Below are positions 60,561 through 64,000 of a DNA stretch of 64,000 nt, one piece after another; position 1 is the first letter of the stretch, and each line of letters opens with the position of its first letter. The stretch lies in the NCBI GenBank assembly GCA_002633005.1, contig NMRA01000103.1:220690-284689 (forward strand), given 5' to 3'. This DNA is from Phoronis australis (lineage: Eukaryota; Animalia; Phoronida). Both the position numbers and the translations under genes were made by a program. The notes below the pieces were generated by a model. The model ran no database searches. It was not told the origin of the DNA and worked only from the letters and a program-made list of their open reading frames with translations.

Positions 60561-61494
60561 TTTAAGTTTGAAACTAAAAGAAAAAGCTTTTATATCAACA
60601 GAAATTAAAAATCTTTTCAAACAAACACCAATAATACTTGGAGAGCTGGTTTAAATTATGTTTCTGTAGCAGAGAAACAATTTCACTGCTACAAATTAGT
60701 GTGTTTATGGCGTTCCTGGCCTCTTGAGCAAGGATGTAAAACATTTTCTAAAAAATACAACAAGCCGTGAAAGTCCAGAATAGTTCATGTTTCTGTATTT
60801 GAATTAGAAGAAGTATTTTCTTACGGGAACAAAGAAATAAATGTTCAAATGTTTTATCTAAGGGTTACATGTTGGTACTACGTCATTAAATCGAACACAA
60901 GAACCTTGGAATTGGTTTGATTTAGCGTCTTCACAAAATATTTGAGGAATTAAACACCCCTTTACGTTTATGTGTGCAGAATTTATCTTCAAAAGTTCAT
61001 TTAACATTTTCCGTCCTTATCGTTGGCTACACGCAGTCATTGACATCGCCGGTTCCGCGGAGTCAACCGGTTACGCCTGAACTTCGTCACCGATAACTAA
61101 TTATAAGCCTTGACTCGGAAGAACTACCGAAGACAATAAAAGTACACTCATTACATCCTTACGTGGGCATAATGACTTTTTCTGTTTAATAAACTCAACA
61201 GATGTGATAATTTTGGAGGGCGTGTTTTCGTGAAACTCAGTAAACTGTACTCAACTGAAGCGGATTTCGGAGTTTGGGTTTTGCCTGAAACTATGGACTA
61301 CTCCACCGTTAAGACCGTCGTTGTGTTAAAGTGACTGTCATTGTATAAGTACAAAGTATACCAGGTGTGTCTTCCGTAAACTCGAGAACCTCACGAAAAC
61401 GCAAGACTTCTAGAGATATCCCTATGCTTTTACTATTCTCACGCCAATTTCTATTTGACTCGACCAGCCGGTTTATGATCACGGCTAATTACTA

Positions 61495-62000
61495 TCAAAA
61501 TATCTTTTAAACAATTCCTGACGTGTAGTACTGAATTTTTCACTTTCTCTTGTAAGGGAAGTTCCAGAAAAATCACAAAATTAATAATTTTTGAAGTTTC
61601 CGCGAATTAAAAGCTTTCTAGTCATCGCAGGGTTTTTAATCCCCTTCCCACTTGTGATAAGTGCGCGCATGCGCTAACAGCCATTTGACAAACATTCCGA
61701 ATCTGAGGTCGATACCATATTATGAGGCAAGCCAGTGAGGCAAAAGATTCCCCAAAGATATTTCCAAGTGAGTATATTTGAATACTATGATAACTTTGTA
61801 ACTAGTTTTAAACATCAATTGCCTCTTAATCGGGTTGCTGCTTGAAGTCGCCATTGTTTCTTTTTTTAAATCAAATGTCAAAGGTCACATTTTCCGTATA
61901 AGGGAAATGTGCTATGTCTATGTTTTGCCATGCCAAACAAGGAAAAGTACTTTGCTTTGGTGGAGAAAACTCGACGAAGTGGCGAGTAGTTGACAAATCG
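61495..62000 (+). repeat. Local direct duplication, copy 2 (with ~155 bp extra at about 61680-61835)
   Basis: Matches 60205-60560. Confidence 0.8.
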
Positions 62001-64000
62001 TTTTTTTTTGGGGGGGGGGGATTTCGAAACCTTTACGAACACAACCGTAAACATTCCTGGTGTGTTGATTGAATTCTGTTTCAGTTGCAAAAAACCACTT
62101 CGAATAACGTAATTTAGTCTTTTTTCGCATTCCAGACCTCTTCAAAGATCTAATAAATTTTAGCAATTTCGTTTTTAACCCCGCATCTCCCGTAGAGCAT
62201 TCCACACTCAGTCCCTTAGGAAGTCTCTCTCGCTTTCGTGATTACACGATTTGTCCAATATCACAAGGAAAATCGCAAGCTCTGCTGTCAACGGTGAACT
62301 GCTGAATGACTATGAACGAACAAGAACGCATGTGGTCAGCGGAGTTCCAAGTTGGTGTTTGTCGTTGGCATTTGATTGACAATGTTTCAAACGTTTTAGG
62401 ATCACCGGTCATGGATCAGTTTAAAAAACATGGGTGAATTGACTCACGTGGCCTCAAACTCCTTTGTCAATCTGTAATACCTACATACAATGGGCTACGT
62501 TTGTTGCTCCCTCCGTTATTCAGCGGTTTGTTATTGGTCCGAATAGCTAACTTCAATCCATGCAAACACATAAATCCACAATTGGGATTTATATATTTTC
62601 ATACAGAACATGCTTAATCCCGCTGCTAAAATCGTTGTTTTGATAACTGACATTAACTTTTGATCGGTTTCCCTGCCTTGGCCTGTGTTAGAAAATGCAA
62701 TAGATGTCTTTTCAAGGCTTGATTGCGACTCAGTTTTTCTGCCTCCGTTTGCCAGAGTCAAACAATCACATTACGTCAATAGACATTTTGTGGGCCAGTG
62801 ACGTTGAAAAAAGATCCTAATTATCCCGAGATATTATTTTTCGTGTGTATTGTTAAAGATTGTAAGTGTACCGGGTTTTGGGTATTTTTGTACATGGATC
62901 AAAGGCTGTGATTCGTCTCGATGCATGATATACACAAATATGGGTTTTATTTGAGTGTTAGCCATCTTGTTCACAAAATCCGAGTTTAGCAATTTTATGG
63001 CAATTATTTGGCACAGTTCGACTTTTCAGAAGGCGTGTGATTCATGGGCTGGCGTTAGAAAATGTCATAGGAGGATACAAGTGGGACAGGGCCTACGAAA
63101 AAACGCTGAGGAATATGGTGATTTGAACAGTTATAATGCACGAGAAACGTAACTATAGTTTATTGGAGTTTTATCGAAAGGTAATATATATTTTACACTG
63201 AAAGCGATCGACATTATTTGTTATCTGCGGCATTTGACAGTAGATTGGCAAAGGTAAGTAAACGTTTTATAAAATGGACTGGCGTGATTTTCCCTCAATT
63301 CATACTGCAATACAAGTATAAGAGAAAATACTAAATCTTACTTTCAATATCAAGTGTTCTCGATTTGCAGGCAATTTACATTTTATTGAATCCTCCATCT
63401 ACTCATTTAGTCCAGACTATTCTTTCAAATTTCCATTTAGCCATAATTAAATCTGAACATGTCTATAACCACTCAATCGAACAATTAACTACTCTTAGCA
63501 TTTCTTGTCAACCTTATATTCCAGTAAACGCATTGCTATTTAGAATAGCTCTTTAGAACTCAATAACAAGATTCGCGTCGTTTATAGCAACAAGTACCCA
63601 TCAATCAAAAATTAAAAGTGACTGTTTTCCTACTTAAAATTTCACCGTTTTAAGTGAAGTTGCTTGAGAAATCAAGATCTCTTCAGACTTTTCTAATACA
63701 CCAATTACCAAGGCTGACTAATACTGATAAGAACGCAATTAGTCGCGCATTATTAAGTTAGGCAAGCGCTAACTAATTAAACTGGACCTTTGTGTACAAA
63801 CTTCAGAAATACTCGTATACGTGACAAATGACAACGTTAATAACAACAGCTTGCAAAAGTCTGCTTAAAAGGACGCAGTTGATTTTAAAGCCGAAAATGC
63901 ATTTTGAATGTTATTTTCTTTGAGCAAGGGCCGAAGATTAATCTTTTTACTTGAAGTATCACTCGAAGATATTTCGTGTTTTTCCGATTTTCTCTTATAG

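Overview
AT-rich, intron-containing animal genomic DNA (invertebrate-like: frequent CpG, many MITEs, three assembly gaps). Almost all ORFs in the supplied track are spurious or exon fragments. Two spliced minus-strand genes can be assembled by hand. (1) A complete 3-exon Bsx (brain-specific homeobox, NKL/ANTP class) gene at 56577..49994 (201 aa, with an eh1 motif and a homeodomain). (2) A secreted mosaic protein gene at about 37537..23869 (at least 8 exons, about 623 aa): signal-like segment, Ly6/uPAR (LU) domain, a thrombospondin type-1 repeat split by a long Cys-free basic/His-rich insert with a furin site, a PTTPEPTTLK mucin tract, and a second LU domain with no GPI/TM tail. Other notable structure: a hierarchical ~388-bp tandem array (13-16 kb) carrying a conserved 42-nt AG/GT-bounded GC-rich cassette, a ~1.25-kb-arm inverted repeat (2-6.5 kb), a Tc1/mariner-like non-autonomous element, and a 1.9-kb TIR element with CAC(A/G)GTG ends just upstream of Bsx. 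All calls were made by eye, without database searches.
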